64,000 nucleotides of DNA from Candidatus Jordarchaeum sp. LHC_1308 (GCA_019057675.1 JAHLWX010000001.1:8797-72796), one strand, 5' to 3'; shown: positions 1-10,670, counted from the first letter of the stretch. The notes: generated by a model not told the origin, from the letters alone. Made by a program: numbers and translations.

Positions 1-2
1 TA

Positions 3-131
3 AGCGTCGGAGTCCTCTGCTCCGCTGAAAATAAAGAAGAAGTGCTTGCTAAATTCTTAGAGCTCGGGTGCGACGTGATAATTCCCACTCCAGACGAATT
101 ACCAAAAATAATAAGAGAGGTAAGAAGATGA
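3..131 (+). CDS. C-terminal fragment of a protein truncated by the window edge; possibly HAD-like hydrolase
   Basis: Open frame SVGVLCSAENKEEVLAKFLELGCDVIIPTPDELPKIIREVRR*, stop overlaps hisB start; GCDVIIPTPDEL resembles the HAD C-terminal GADxVI..xxEL pattern. Confidence 0.35.
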   Translation, partial: SVGVLCSAENKEEVLAKFLELGCDVIIPTPDELPKIIREVRR

Positions 132-703
132 GGGAGGCGTCGGTTAATAGGAAGACGACGGAAACGAACGTGAAAGTTAAAGTCAACTTAGATGGGGAAG
201 GGAAGGGAGAAGCAAACACGGGAATACGATTTCTAGATCATATGCTGAAAACTCTTTCAAAACACTCTCTAATCGACATCTCAGTAAGTGCAGAGGGGGA
301 TTTAGAGCACCACTTGATCGAGGATGTGGGGCTAACTTTGGGGGAAGCCATTCTAAAGGCTTTAGGAAACAAGGAGGGCGTATTCAGGTTTGGGAATAGC
401 TTAGTGCCCATGGATGACGCACTGGTCAGCGTGTCCCTAGACTGCGGAGGGAGACCACACGCAAAGGTGGATTTGAAGCTTGAAGGAGACGTTGAGGGGG
501 TTAATAAGCAGGATATAATTCACTTTTTCGTGTCGTTCGCTAATGCAGCAAGGATAAACCTCCACGTTAACGCTGTTTATGGCGAAAACGACCACCACAA
601 GGTTGAAGCAGCTTTTAAAGCTCTAGCCATAGCGCTAAGGAAAGCGGTAGAAGTAGACCCTCGGAGAGGAAGGGAGATACCAAGCGTTAAGGGAGGACTC
701 TAA
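128..703 (+). CDS. hisB: Imidazoleglycerol-phosphate dehydratase
   Basis: FLDHMLKTLSKHS, GDLEHHLIEDVG, ENDHHKVEAAFKALA metal-binding motifs; start reset to ATG at 128. Confidence 0.95.
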   Translation: MREASVNRKTTETNVKVKVNLDGEGKGEANTGIRFLDHMLKTLSKHSLIDISVSAEGDLEHHLIEDVGLTLGEAILKALGNKEGVFRFGNSLVPMDDALVSVSLDCGGRPHAKVDLKLEGDVEGVNKQDIIHFFVSFANAARINLHVNAVYGENDHHKVEAAFKALAIALRKAVEVDPRRGREIPSVKGGL

Positions 704-709
704 GAGAAA

Positions 710-1318
710 ATGATATGCGTAGTGGATTACGGTGTTGGAAACCTGAGAAGCATAACTAGAGGGCTTGAAAAAGCTGGCGCTACAGTTAAGTTGACAACAA
801 GAATAGAAGATGTTCGGAGCGCTGAAGCAGTAGTTCTCCCAGGAGTTGGGGCGTTTAAGGACGCCATGGAGAAAATGCAACCCCTAAAGGAGGCGCTCCT
901 TCAAGAGGTGAAAAATGGAAAGCTCATGTTAGGTATCTGCCTTGGACTTCAAGTTCTATTTGAGGAAAGTGCCGAGGGGGGAAACTACGAGGGGCTCGCC
1001 TTAATTAAGGGGCACGTTGCTAGGCTTCCAAGCCACGTTAAGGTCCCCCACATCGGATGGAACACAATAAAAATTAGGAGGGAAAATCCCCTACTTGAGG
1101 GGATAAACAATGGTGCTTACATGTACTTTGTTCATTCGTACTATGCTATCCCAACTAACGAGGAAGTCATAGTTGCCACGACAAACTATGGCGTGGAGTT
1201 CCCCTCAGTTATATGTAACGGAAACATTTTTGCCACGCAGTTTCACCCTGAAAAGTCGGGAGAGGCAGGATTAAAAGTTCTGAGAAACTTCGTAGCAATA
1301 GTCAAGGAGGCGGTATAA
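710..1318 (+). CDS. hisH: Imidazole glycerol phosphate synthase glutamine amidotransferase subunit
   Basis: VDYGVGNLRS, LGICLGLQVLFE, FATQFHPEKSG; his operon context. Confidence 0.95.
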   Translation: MICVVDYGVGNLRSITRGLEKAGATVKLTTRIEDVRSAEAVVLPGVGAFKDAMEKMQPLKEALLQEVKNGKLMLGICLGLQVLFEESAEGGNYEGLALIKGHVARLPSHVKVPHIGWNTIKIRRENPLLEGINNGAYMYFVHSYYAIPTNEEVIVATTNYGVEFPSVICNGNIFATQFHPEKSGEAGLKVLRNFVAIVKEAV

Positions 1319-2037
1319 TGCTCGTGATGCCTTCAGTAGACATACTTGGAGGAAAATGTGTTAGGTTAACTGAGGGAAAACTTGGTAGCGAGGAAATCTT
1401 CTTCGACGATCCACTCCAAGCAGCTCTCTACTGGGAAAAGGAGGGGGCGGACGCCCTCCATGTTGTAGACCTAGACGGAGCTCTGAGGAGGGGGGAAAAC
1501 CTGAGGCACGTAGAGAGGATAGTTAAAAGCGTATCAATCGACGTGGAAGTTGGAGGGGGGTTAAGGAGCGCCGACACCGCAATAAGGGTATACCTAATGG
1601 GGGCTGAGCGAGTTATACTGGGTTCACTTGCAGTTAGAGATCCTGCCTCCGTGGAAAAGATAATTGATGAAATAGGGAAAGAACACGTCATGGTGGCTCT
1701 CGACTATAAAAAGGGAGAGGTTATGATTGAAGGGTGGAGGAAGGAGGCCAGAAAAAGCCTGTACGACGCTGCACAAGAAATGAGGGACATTGGAGTAAAT
1801 TGGATTTTAGCCACTAACATTACACGAGACGGGACACTTATGGGGGCAGATACTGAAACAATATCTAAGCTGGTAAAACGAGTTAGAGTGAACATCGTGG
1901 CTTCTGGAGGAATCAGAAGCATAGATGACGTCGCAGCTCTCAGAAAGACGGGAGCTAAGGGCGTCGTTATAGGGAAAGCGCTCTACATGAGGTTCTTTTC
2001 CCTCAAGGAAGCGAAGAAGGTGGCGGGGGAATGCTGA
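1318..2037 (+). CDS. hisA: Phosphoribosylformimino-5-aminoimidazole carboxamide ribotide isomerase
   Basis: [38 protein letters not shown]. Confidence 0.95.
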   Translation: MLVMPSVDILGGKCVRLTEGKLGSEEIFFDDPLQAALYWEKEGADALHVVDLDGALRRGENLRHVERIVKSVSIDVEVGGGLRSADTAIRVYLMGAERVILGSLAVRDPASVEKIIDEIGKEHVMVALDYKKGEVMIEGWRKEARKSLYDAAQEMRDIGVNWILATNITRDGTLMGADTETISKLVKRVRVNIVASGGIRSIDDVAALRKTGAKGVVIGKALYMRFFSLKEAKKVAGEC

Positions 2038-2846
2038 CGAAAAGGATCATACCTTGCCTTGACGTGAAGGATGGAAGAGTGGTTAAAGGAATTCAATTCA
2101 AGAACCTGAAGGACGCAGGAGACCCGCCCGAGCTAGCTCAGTTTTACGATGAACAAAACGCCGATGAACTCGTGTTCCTAGACATAACGGCGTCGAGCGA
2201 CAAGAGACGAATACTGATAGACGTCGTTGAAAGAACCGCCGATAGGGTCTTCATACCCTTCACGGTTGGAGGCGGGATAAGAAACTTAGATGACATAAGA
2301 GAGGTGCTATGTGCTGGAGCAGACAAGGTTGCGATAAACACGGCGGCAGTCAAAAATCCTGAAACAATAAGGGAAGCCGCCGAAAAATTCGGTAGCCAGT
2401 GCATAGTTTGTGCAATAGACGCAAAAAGAGTGAGGGCGAACGAAGGGTGTGAGGATAATGGCGATAAAATAGTTGTAGAAACCCCTGAAGGAAAATTTTG
2501 GTGGGAGGTCTACATCTACGGTGGGCGGACGCCGACGGGAATTGACGCCATAAAGTGGGCACGCATTGTCGAAGAACTGGGAGCAGGAGAAATACTGCTC
2601 ACAAGCATTGACTATGATGGAACAAAAAAGGGGTACGATATTCTCCTCACTAGAGAGGTATGCAAAAAAACCAGAATCCCGGTCATCGCTAGCGGAGGGG
2701 CAGGCAATCCGGAACATATATACCATGTTTTAACCGATGGAGAGGCGGATGCAGCACTAGCAGCGTCAATATTCCACTACGGCATCTATTCAATAAATGA
2801 CGTGAAAAAATACTTGCATGAAAAAGGAGTCCCTGTGAGGTTGTAA
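2031..2846 (+). CDS. hisF: Imidazole glycerol phosphate synthase cyclase subunit
   Basis: [36 protein letters not shown]. Confidence 0.96.
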   Translation: MLTKRIIPCLDVKDGRVVKGIQFKNLKDAGDPPELAQFYDEQNADELVFLDITASSDKRRILIDVVERTADRVFIPFTVGGGIRNLDDIREVLCAGADKVAINTAAVKNPETIREAAEKFGSQCIVCAIDAKRVRANEGCEDNGDKIVVETPEGKFWWEVYIYGGRTPTGIDAIKWARIVEELGAGEILLTSIDYDGTKKGYDILLTREVCKKTRIPVIASGGAGNPEHIYHVLTDGEADAALAASIFHYGIYSINDVKKYLHEKGVPVRL

Positions 2847-2848
2847 AA

Positions 2849-3529
2849 ATGGAGCCAAAGGAAGTCCTAGGGAAGCTTAACTTTGAGAAGGGAGGAGGAT
2901 TAATACCCGCAGTTGTCCAAGACATCAAAACAAAGGAAGTTCTAATGCTAGGCTACATGAACAAGGAAGCATTGGAAAAAACACTTACAACAGGCTTCAT
3001 GCACTACTACAGCAGGAGTAGAGGGAAATTATGGATGAAGGGAGAGGAGTCAGGACACTACCAGATGGTCCATGAAGCTTATTACGACTGCGACGGCGAC
3101 ACACTCCTCTTTAAAGTAGAGCAAGTGGAAGCATGCTGCCATGAAGGATACTATACTTGCTTCCACAACAAAATAATAAGCGACGCGCAATTCAACCGAA
3201 TATTTAACCCCGACGAAGTCTACGGGAAAGCAAAAATACTAGACGAAGTCTTTGGCGTAATAAAGAACCGCATAGAAAACCCCAAAAATGACTCTTACGT
3301 TTCAAGCCTAGTAAAGCAGGGAACTAACGCCGTAACACGAAAAGTCGGAGAAGAAGCCCTAGAACTCATCCTAGCAACAAAAGACCACGCCAAAGAAGAA
3401 GTAATAAACGAAGCCGCTGACTTACTATTTCACACTCTCATACTCTTAGCAGAAGAAAAAATAGAACTAGAAGAAATCTACAAAACATTAAAAGAAAGAA
3501 GAAGAACAAAAACTAATATACAGGAGTAA
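2849..3529 (+). CDS. hisIE: Bifunctional phosphoribosyl-AMP cyclohydrolase / phosphoribosyl-ATP pyrophosphatase
   Basis: VLMLGYMNKEALEKTL, YDCDGDTLLFKVEQ...ACCHEGYYTCF followed by HisE domain KVGEEALELILATK. Confidence 0.95.
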   Translation: MEPKEVLGKLNFEKGGGLIPAVVQDIKTKEVLMLGYMNKEALEKTLTTGFMHYYSRSRGKLWMKGEESGHYQMVHEAYYDCDGDTLLFKVEQVEACCHEGYYTCFHNKIISDAQFNRIFNPDEVYGKAKILDEVFGVIKNRIENPKNDSYVSSLVKQGTNAVTRKVGEEALELILATKDHAKEEVINEAADLLFHTLILLAEEKIELEEIYKTLKERRRTKTNIQE

Positions 3530-4463
3530 CCCAGTGCTCATATTTCGGATTCTTACCCAACGTGACCTCTGAAAAAGCCTTCTGAAGCTTCCTTGTGATA
3601 GGCCCAGGCTTCCCGTTACCTATAGTTATCCTGTCGATCTCGACGACCGGCGTGAGCTCGCCCGCCGTACCCGTAATGAAAACTTCATCCATACCATAAA
3701 GCTCAGCACGAGTAATATCCCTCTCAACCACGTTTATCCCAAGCTCTTCCCTAGCAAGCGTAATCACGGTGTCACGTGTGATCCCCCTAAGAATAGACGC
3801 ATAAAGAGGCGGAGTAATAAGCTCTCCATTCTTAACCGCGAAGAGATTCTCACCGGACCCCTCAGCTACAAATCCTCGATGATCTAAGAACAGCGCTTCA
3901 TCAAAGCCATGCTCAACCGCCTCAAGCTTAGCCAGAATACTGTTAATGTACTGCCCGCACGCCTTAACCTCGGGAGGCAAAGCCCTAGGAGAAATTCTCT
4001 CCCAAGAAGAAAACATGCAACGAACACCCTTCTCAAGCGCCTCAGGACCCAAATAACGTCCAAACGGAACAACATAAACTGCAGCCTCGACTGGAACCCT
4101 AACAGGATTCAAACCCAAAGGACCATAACCTCTAAACACAATGGGTCGAATATAAACAGTCTCATGAAAATTATTTCGTCTAACAAGCTCCACAATAACA
4201 TTACAGATCTCATCCCTACTATAGGGCACCTCCATCCTGTAAACCCTAGCCGAGTAAAACAACCGATCGATGTGCTCACGCAACCTAAAAATCAAAACAT
4301 TACCATCTTCAGTCCCATACCCCCTAATCCCCTCAAAAACACCACTACCATAATGCAAAGCATGAGTCTTAATATGAACCACGGCATCATCCCATCTGAC
4401 GAACTGCCCATTCAACCAACAATAATCAGCACGCTCCTCAGACATACAAAACGCCACCTCCAA
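3513..4463 (-). CDS. ilvE: Branched-chain amino acid aminotransferase
   Basis: ALHYGSGVFEGIRGY, RITRDTV, TGTAGELTPV fold-type IV aminotransferase motifs. Confidence 0.93.
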   Translation of the reverse strand: MEVAFCMSEERADYCWLNGQFVRWDDAVVHIKTHALHYGSGVFEGIRGYGTEDGNVLIFRLREHIDRLFYSARVYRMEVPYSRDEICNVIVELVRRNNFHETVYIRPIVFRGYGPLGLNPVRVPVEAAVYVVPFGRYLGPEALEKGVRCMFSSWERISPRALPPEVKACGQYINSILAKLEAVEHGFDEALFLDHRGFVAEGSGENLFAVKNGELITPPLYASILRGITRDTVITLAREELGINVVERDITRAELYGMDEVFITGTAGELTPVVEIDRITIGNGKPGPITRKLQKAFSEVTLGKNPKYEHWVTPVY

Positions 4464-5887
4464 AGCATTCTCTTACAAAAATGAAATAAAACAGTAAATA
4501 TAAGCATTAACCCTTATAAAAAAACCAGTGTTGTCAAGTTAAGGCGCCTCTCATCACTAGAGTTGCAGCCCCTGTCGTACTCTTGACGCAACTTTCACTC
4601 AAAAGCATCGATAACCTCTCTCTAACTAGAGCCACGAAGAGCCACAGACCCCCAAGTGTTATGTGGAGAACTGTTTCTTTTGGACTCAACTTTCTCAATA
4701 AATTTCTCACGCTCATAAGTTAGATGTGGAAGTAGCAACTCAAAAAATATTTAAACTGATAGCGGCACGACAAAGCCAACTTTCATCTCAAAAAGAAACA
4801 CTCCAGTTAATAATGAAGGAAGTGTTTTTCCTTACAAGTCCCTTCCAGCTTCAATCCCGCCCACTTTATGGAACTTAGGTTCATGTTTGGGCTCTAAAAT
4901 TCTTCGAAGATCCTATCCACTCCTTGAAACAGTCTTCATCAGCCCGATGAGCCTCCAATAACATAACGTTTGTATTAACTTTTGACGCATGCCCCACGTC
5001 TTTTTAAACCAGAAGGCCGCTACGAACCCGCATAGAAAAAATCAACATCATCTAAATTACATATACAGCTCACCAGCCCCTCACCTTTCCTCCTCAAGGA
5101 TGGAACCTTATACTCTCTCCTATGGAGCTCATTTGAAAATATATCCGCAAAACTTGATCCTTATATATCGGCGCCTCCAAACCCGTACCACAAGCAAAAC
5201 ATTCACGAAAATGATAAGAGCACTCATAAAGAGTACTTGATGTAAACAGCATACTCATAAGAGCTGAGCTTCAAAATTCGAAGTTTCCCACAAAAATTTC
5301 AAACTAATCTTTAAGAGCTTTCTGAAGAGGCGCTCTCACCTTATCCAATATTTTTCAAATTTAAGTTCTAAGCAATCTACTCCCAAAACCAATCATATAA
5401 TTAACGATCTCCCTTCCAGCACAGCCATTATTGCAACAGAACTTATTTAAAAACAATGCCAAGTCACAGACTCCAACCATCAGAACTCACATAATAAAAC
5501 ATCGTCACTAAAAAGCAAAATACACCTAACGGAAAACTAGGTAAATACCACGACCGGAAATACTCCCTGAGGCGCTGAGGAGCATTTACATGCACCGCAA
5601 CAGGTAAATCCTAAACTTTCCTGTCAACCATAATGCTCGCCAAGTCAAAACTGGAAAACAACAACTCCACAAGTCCACCTGTAACTGTACATCGATCATC
5701 CGGCGGTTCCAATCTCTTCTCAATGCAAGCATAGTATTCGTAAACACTAGAGAGACTGCTGAATCCCTCGGATTAGGCATGATACCTTTTAACAAGGACT
5801 TCGAAGTTCGTGTTCATCACGGTTCACTATCTAAAGAAGTTAGAGATCAACTTTCTGTTCCCTCTAAAACCGGTAGAAGATAGAAAA

Positions 5888-6096
5888 TGGTGCTGGGGGA
5901 GGGAGTTCCAGCCAGCGGTCACGCCCGTGTCGGCCGTGACCAAGCACTTGAACCCTCGTAGCCGGATGCCCCATCTTTCTTTATTATCTGACCCCTTTCA
6001 TAGAAGGAAGACTATGAGTCCGGCTCCACTTTTGGGCGAGAGCAATCCATTCTAGTGCGACATGTAGCTAAGCCTACAAGTCTAGGAGACCCCAGC
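5888..6096 (-). tRNA. tRNA-Met(CAT) with encoded CCA; multi-intron (probable exons 6096..6080, 6049..6045, 6029..6013, 5967..5947, 5904..5888)
   Basis: Acceptor GCTGGGG/CCCCAGC + ACCA; anticodon arm CCGGA-CTCATA^...^A-TCCGG; T arm GAGGG-TTCAAG^...^T-CCCTC. Two BHBs well formed (37/38 and 59/60); removing 30+15+45+42 nt leaves 77 nt. D-arm exon boundaries are less certain. Confidence 0.75.
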
Positions 6097-6802
6097 CATT
6101 ATATTCTCAACATGAGAATGGGTATTAAAATTTTTCGTGAGCTTGTTTTGGTTGACAAGTCGGTTTTTTGGCCTTTTTTCCTTGACACTTATCGTAACAG
6201 CAGTGCTATTCTGAGAAAGCAAGCTCAGAAGATGTGTGGTTCTCCACCGTAATTTTTATTATTTTCTGGCCTAGTTTATGAGGTCGTTATGGTTCTTAAT
6301 TGTAGAGTGAGGTCATATGTGTGGAGCTTAGGTCGCAGTTAGGATGCAGAAGCTTCTGCATGAAGGGGGAGAATTTATTAGCTGATTGGTGACAGACCCA
6401 TGCACGCTGACAGGCTAACGGTTTTTGGCGACAGATGTTCAATATTAAAAGCGTACTCCGTAAGTAGTGTGATGCTCAGCCAGCTTTCTAACCGTCCTTT
6501 CCAGTTTATTGAGACATTACAGCGGCGATTCATCTTATTTAAAATGAAGAATTACCACTCCTACTTCTCGAAAAGTATTTTTCTGTTCTATTCCTAAAGG
6601 TGCAAAATTAAGTTGTCCAACTTATACTTAACAACTAAGATAGCAACTTGCAATAGTCACCAATAGAAGTCTTTCAGTTAATTTGAGGGCGAACTCGAGA
6701 GGATAGAAAATGAAGGATAGGAGAAAAATGTACGACTCTCTAAAAAATACGTCTAAAACCCAAGAAACAAAGGAAAACAAACAGCAACACAACAAAGGAT
6801 AG

Positions 6803-6970
6803 AGCCGCCGGAGGGAGTTCCGACGGGCAGCCAAAGGCGGTTACTTTAGGAGGCGGCTGCACCATTTGAACCCTCGACCAGCGGAGATTGCTCTGCCTGC
6901 GGGGGGCTTGGAGATTTACAATTGCGGTGCGTGGGGATGTCCGCTGCTCTGCCAGCTGAGCTACGGCGGC
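6803..6970 (-). tRNA. tRNA-Thr(TGT) with three introns (exons 6970..6939, 6921..6916, 6885..6865, 6816..6803)
   Basis: GCCGCCG-TA-GCTC-AGCTGGCA-GAGC-A-GCGGA-C^..^TTGTAA^..^TCCGC-TGGTC-GAGGG-TTCAAA^..^T-CCCTC-CGGCGGC-T; introns 17, 30 and 48 nt; 73 nt after removal; no encoded CCA. Confidence 0.82.
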
Positions 6971-7058
6971 TCTATGTTGAGGATTTGTGTTTCTAGTTTT
7001 TAATTTTTGTGGGGGCGTAAAAGTATGATAGAGGTTTGTTTGTGCGTTATGTGGTTGT

Positions 7059-7592
7059 TTAGGCCATCCATTTTTTGAGTTTGGCGAATACTCGGGCAAT
7101 TAGTTCGGCGTTTTCTTTGAATCTTGTTGTGTCTTCTCTTGAAAGAACTCTGACCTGGGCTGCGGGGGCTCCGGCTACGCTCGTTCTTGGGGGGATTACG
7201 GTGTTTTGGGCTACTATTGATCCTGGAGCAACTAATGCGCCTTCGCCTATTGTTGCGCCTTCGAATATTATTGCTCCGTCGCCGACGACTACTGTGTCAC
7301 CACAGTAGCAACCGTGCATGACTACGTTACTTCCTATTGTTGTGAAGTTTCCTATTATGACTGGAGCTGCTTCTGAGCGGGCGTGGATTATTGTTCCATC
7401 TTGTATGCTGGTGTAGCTTCCGATTTGAACTTTTCCGAAGTCTCCTCTTATGACGCAACCAGGCCATATGCTTGTATATTCACCTATTTCGACGTCGCCT
7501 ATTATTGTTGCTTGGGGGCTGACGAATGCGTTTTTGTGTATTTTTGGGTGTTTGCCCTGGAATTCTAATATGGGCATTTTATTAGCCTCCAT
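7059..7592 (-). CDS. Gamma-carbonic anhydrase-like left-handed beta-helix protein
   Basis: Hexapeptide repeats (VSPQATIIGDVEIGEYTSIWPGCVIRGDFGKVQIG..TIIH); likely start at MEANKMPILEF. Confidence 0.85.
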   Translation of the reverse strand: MEANKMPILEFQGKHPKIHKNAFVSPQATIIGDVEIGEYTSIWPGCVIRGDFGKVQIGSYTSIQDGTIIHARSEAAPVIIGNFTTIGSNVVMHGCYCGDTVVVGDGAIIFEGATIGEGALVAPGSIVAQNTVIPPRTSVAGAPAAQVRVLSREDTTRFKENAELIARVFAKLKKWMA

Positions 7593-7651
7593 TAGCTGGC
7601 AGATTTTTCTTTGAGAAGGTGGGATTAAATATCTTTTTATTGAGTGAAGGT

Positions 7652-8698
7652 TTAGGGGGATATAAGTTCTTCGTGGCAGTAGAGTTTCCATTCGTGCTTG
7701 CATTTACAGTTGAGGTGTTGTAGTTGCTTCATGTTTTGAGTTATGGAGAATTTTTTCAGAGCAGCATCTATTTTCTTGTCGCATAGTCCGCAATTGTGTG
7801 GTCCTCTGGGTAGTCCTGAGGCTGTGGGGGTGCAGGTTAATGTGGCGTTGGCTTCCTCACGTGTGTCTAGGATTATTTTTACTAGGCTCCATAGCCAAGG
7901 TGGCCTGTAGTCTCCTTTTTTCCATAGGAGTTCTGTGAGGGTGCCTTTGTGAACGGTGCACGGGTTTAGGGATATGACGTCTACGTTCATTTTTGAGAGG
8001 TGTTTGATGGATCTTTCTACGTCAATTATTGCTTCGGCTTCTCTTAGGAGTGGGGGCTTGACTAGAAGGTACACTTTGATTCCTACTTCGAGGCGTGTTA
8101 GTATTTCTAAGCTGGCTTTGAATTCGTTTATGGAGAAGCCTTTGTTTATGATTGATCTAACCTTGTCGCTTGTTGATTCTAGTCCTATAGCGACTGTCAG
8201 CTGCTTCCCCTTGAGGGCGTTGATTGAGTCGCTTACGACGTCTTCGGTTATGAATTCGGGTCGGGACTCAACTATCACTTCCTCCACTCTGGTTTCACGT
8301 GACAAGAAGTAGAGTATTTCGTCTCTTACTTGTTTGGGGATTTCCCTTTCGTCGAAGAAGCTTCCTGACGTAAATATTTTCACGCTTATTGGCGGCGGGA
8401 CTGCCGCAAGTTTTTCGCAGGCTTGTTTTAAATGGTCGAGGATGATGGAAGGAGATGGAGTTGATGCAGATCCATCGTAGATGTATCCGCACATCGAGCA
8501 GCCGCCAGAGGTGAGAGCCCAACGGCATCCTGCTGTGGGCAAGATGACTACGAGGGCGTGTCCTTCTTTTCCGAGGACGCGGTCTGGTTCGACCCAGAAT
8601 TTGGAGGGTACGTGTTCAGGAGGCTTCCTCGATTTAAGGTGTTCCTCCCTTAGTTTGAGGGAGTAGCTTGAGATTAAGTGGTTCAGGCTGGTGCTCAT
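7652..8698 (-). CDS. raSEA: Archaeosine biosynthesis radical SAM protein RaSEA
   Basis: Cys motif GCRWALTSGGCSMCGY, adjacent to arcS (overlaps its stop). Confidence 0.85.
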   Translation of the reverse strand: MSTSLNHLISSYSLKLREEHLKSRKPPEHVPSKFWVEPDRVLGKEGHALVVILPTAGCRWALTSGGCSMCGYIYDGSASTPSPSIILDHLKQACEKLAAVPPPISVKIFTSGSFFDEREIPKQVRDEILYFLSRETRVEEVIVESRPEFITEDVVSDSINALKGKQLTVAIGLESTSDKVRSIINKGFSINEFKASLEILTRLEVGIKVYLLVKPPLLREAEAIIDVERSIKHLSKMNVDVISLNPCTVHKGTLTELLWKKGDYRPPWLWSLVKIILDTREEANATLTCTPTASGLPRGPHNCGLCDKKIDAALKKFSITQNMKQLQHLNCKCKHEWKLYCHEELISP

Positions 8699-10659
8699 GG
8701 CTCGTCCCGCCGTCTAGTGTGCTTCAATTTTACTGCCACACCGCGTCTGAGTTTAACCATTTCCTCTCCGTTTAGGACGGCCTCACCTATTCCTATTAAC
8801 TGTTTGGAGGAGTCTAGGATGAAGACGACGTCGCCAGGTCTTATTTGGGGGTCGGCGTCCTCTATTCCCGGCACCATTAGGGAGGATCCATTAATTGAGT
8901 CGCCTTTGAAAATTACCCAGTGACTGAGGCGCGCTATTCGGTCACCTCCCTCTAGCGACGGCACCACGAAACCAGTTAGAGGAGATATTTGAGCGAGCAA
9001 TACTTCTCCGTCGTAAAGGAGTTTTTCCTTCCTCGCTTTGACTTTTACCGTAGTGGAATCAGGAGCTAATTTTTCTCCTGCCCCGGGGCCGAACTGGTAG
9101 TCGGCTGTCTTCCTGAAAGCTTCCTTTAAGCGATCTATTTCCTGGCACTTTTGATGTGAGATGCGGGACAAAGTAGATCGTAAAGAGGACAAGGATGAGG
9201 GGCTTGTAAGGCTTCCTTCCACTTCAGTGTAAATTATTTCTCTTCCCGATATTTCGCTTGCTTTTCTGCATGCTTGAAGGTATCCTCCGTCGAGATGCGC
9301 TATTATGGGGCAGTTTCTTGGAAACTTATCTAGGTATTTTGCGATGCACTCGGCGGCAATCCTTACTTCTTCCTGATCCCAGTCTCCTGTGACGGGAACG
9401 TCGTAATGTGCTGCGGGATATACTTCTTCAAGCTCTCGGGGAACCAAGCCGAGGGGGGAGGATATTATTCCTTCGCATAACCCTTTTACTCCTGCTTCGA
9501 TGATGGTTTTTCTGAAGAGTTTATGTGAAGGGGAACTTGAATATGGTTTTTTAGCTGAACATGGTAATAGGAGGACGGCTGTAACTTCTTTGGGGGGAGT
9601 GTAACGTGTGGCTATCCTAGTTCTAAAGCGTTCAATGGACGGCTTATGGTATGACTCTGGGCCAATGCAGTAGAGCTTAGCTTTGCTTGAAACGGGAGTA
9701 TATTTTTCGAGTAGCGGGTAGGCGTCCCTGTCCAATATTCTGAGGAGGGCTGCTAGCTCCGGTGAATGATGGCATGTCTCTTCTACGCTTTCTCGGAGAC
9801 GTGAATGCCTAATTACGAGGAACGCATTTTTCAGTATGCTTAAAGCCGAGAGCGTGTTGTGATTTAGGAGGAGGCGGAGGCGTTCATCGCTGTTCTGTGA
9901 GGATTCCTTTAAGCGGAGGCATGCTTCGCAGAAGCATGGCAACTCCTTAATAGCGCTGAACTGATACCATGCACCATTGAAAAAATACATGTTTCTTAAT
10001 GTTGCATCGATGATGAAAGATGTGTCAAAGAAGTCTATGCCCAAGTAGACCAAGTGGAGGTAGTGTGAGGGAGGTATTCTTCCCGAGGCGTATAATAAGG
10101 CATCAGGACCAATAAAATGGTCAACCTCGTAGAGGAAAGCAACTAGGTCTCTTGGGTTACGGAAAGCTTCCTCTAATCCTTTTATGACGTAAAATTTAAA
10201 GCCAAGCTTTCTTACTTCTGAAAGAAAATCTCTCCTGAGAGACTTAGAGGGAAGATAGTAGATTGGTATTGCTACCGGCATTTCCCTTACAGCGCTCTTA
10301 AGGGCTTTAGCGCTTTCAAGTAGTTCACCTAAAAGTAGGGCGGTCATTTCACTTGGACCCCTAATGGGGGGACTCGGCGCGATAAGGACGTCCGCCTCCA
10401 AACCTAGTCCATATTCTATGGCTTCATCCAAATCGAATGCTAATGGGCTCATAAGGGGGACTAGCTTAAATTTTCCTTCAATGCAGGGAAGAATTTCACC
10501 CTCGTGCACCGTGATTATTTGAACCTGAAGAGGAGGAGGAAGTAGGCTGTCAAAGAAGTAGAATATGAGGTTTGGTGTTTCGAAGGTTTTCGAGCCGATT
10601 CTAACGCGGGTAATCCTTCCAGGTCCATCGTGACGGAGAATTTCAAACAACAATATCAC
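8695..10659 (-). CDS. arcS: Archaeosine synthase alpha ArcS (TGT-like domain plus C-terminal PUA domain)
   Basis: LLLPCSAKKPYSSSPSHKLF, SSPLGLVPRELEEVYPAAHYDVPVTGDW, PUA-like DADPQIRPGDVVFI. Confidence 0.88.
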   Translation of the reverse strand: MILLFEILRHDGPGRITRVRIGSKTFETPNLIFYFFDSLLPPPLQVQIITVHEGEILPCIEGKFKLVPLMSPLAFDLDEAIEYGLGLEADVLIAPSPPIRGPSEMTALLLGELLESAKALKSAVREMPVAIPIYYLPSKSLRRDFLSEVRKLGFKFYVIKGLEEAFRNPRDLVAFLYEVDHFIGPDALLYASGRIPPSHYLHLVYLGIDFFDTSFIIDATLRNMYFFNGAWYQFSAIKELPCFCEACLRLKESSQNSDERLRLLLNHNTLSALSILKNAFLVIRHSRLRESVEETCHHSPELAALLRILDRDAYPLLEKYTPVSSKAKLYCIGPESYHKPSIERFRTRIATRYTPPKEVTAVLLLPCSAKKPYSSSPSHKLFRKTIIEAGVKGLCEGIISSPLGLVPRELEEVYPAAHYDVPVTGDWDQEEVRIAAECIAKYLDKFPRNCPIIAHLDGGYLQACRKASEISGREIIYTEVEGSLTSPSSLSSLRSTLSRISHQKCQEIDRLKEAFRKTADYQFGPGAGEKLAPDSTTVKVKARKEKLLYDGEVLLAQISPLTGFVVPSLEGGDRIARLSHWVIFKGDSINGSSLMVPGIEDADPQIRPGDVVFILDSSKQLIGIGEAVLNGEEMVKLRRGVAVKLKHTRRRDEP

Positions 10660-10670
10660 CTATTCAGGGT

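Noticed and set aside
6803-6970. Assignment as tRNA-Tyr(GTA)
   Set aside because: The BHB cut sites put TGT at positions 34-36 in a 7-nt loop, and G1-C72 with T73 fits Thr rather than archaeal Tyr (C1-G72, A73)
7059-7703. N-terminal extension MQARMETLLPRRTYIPLNLH of the gamma-CA-like ORF
   Set aside because: It overlaps the 3' end of RaSEA and family homology begins at MPILEFQGKHPKI; start moved to 7592
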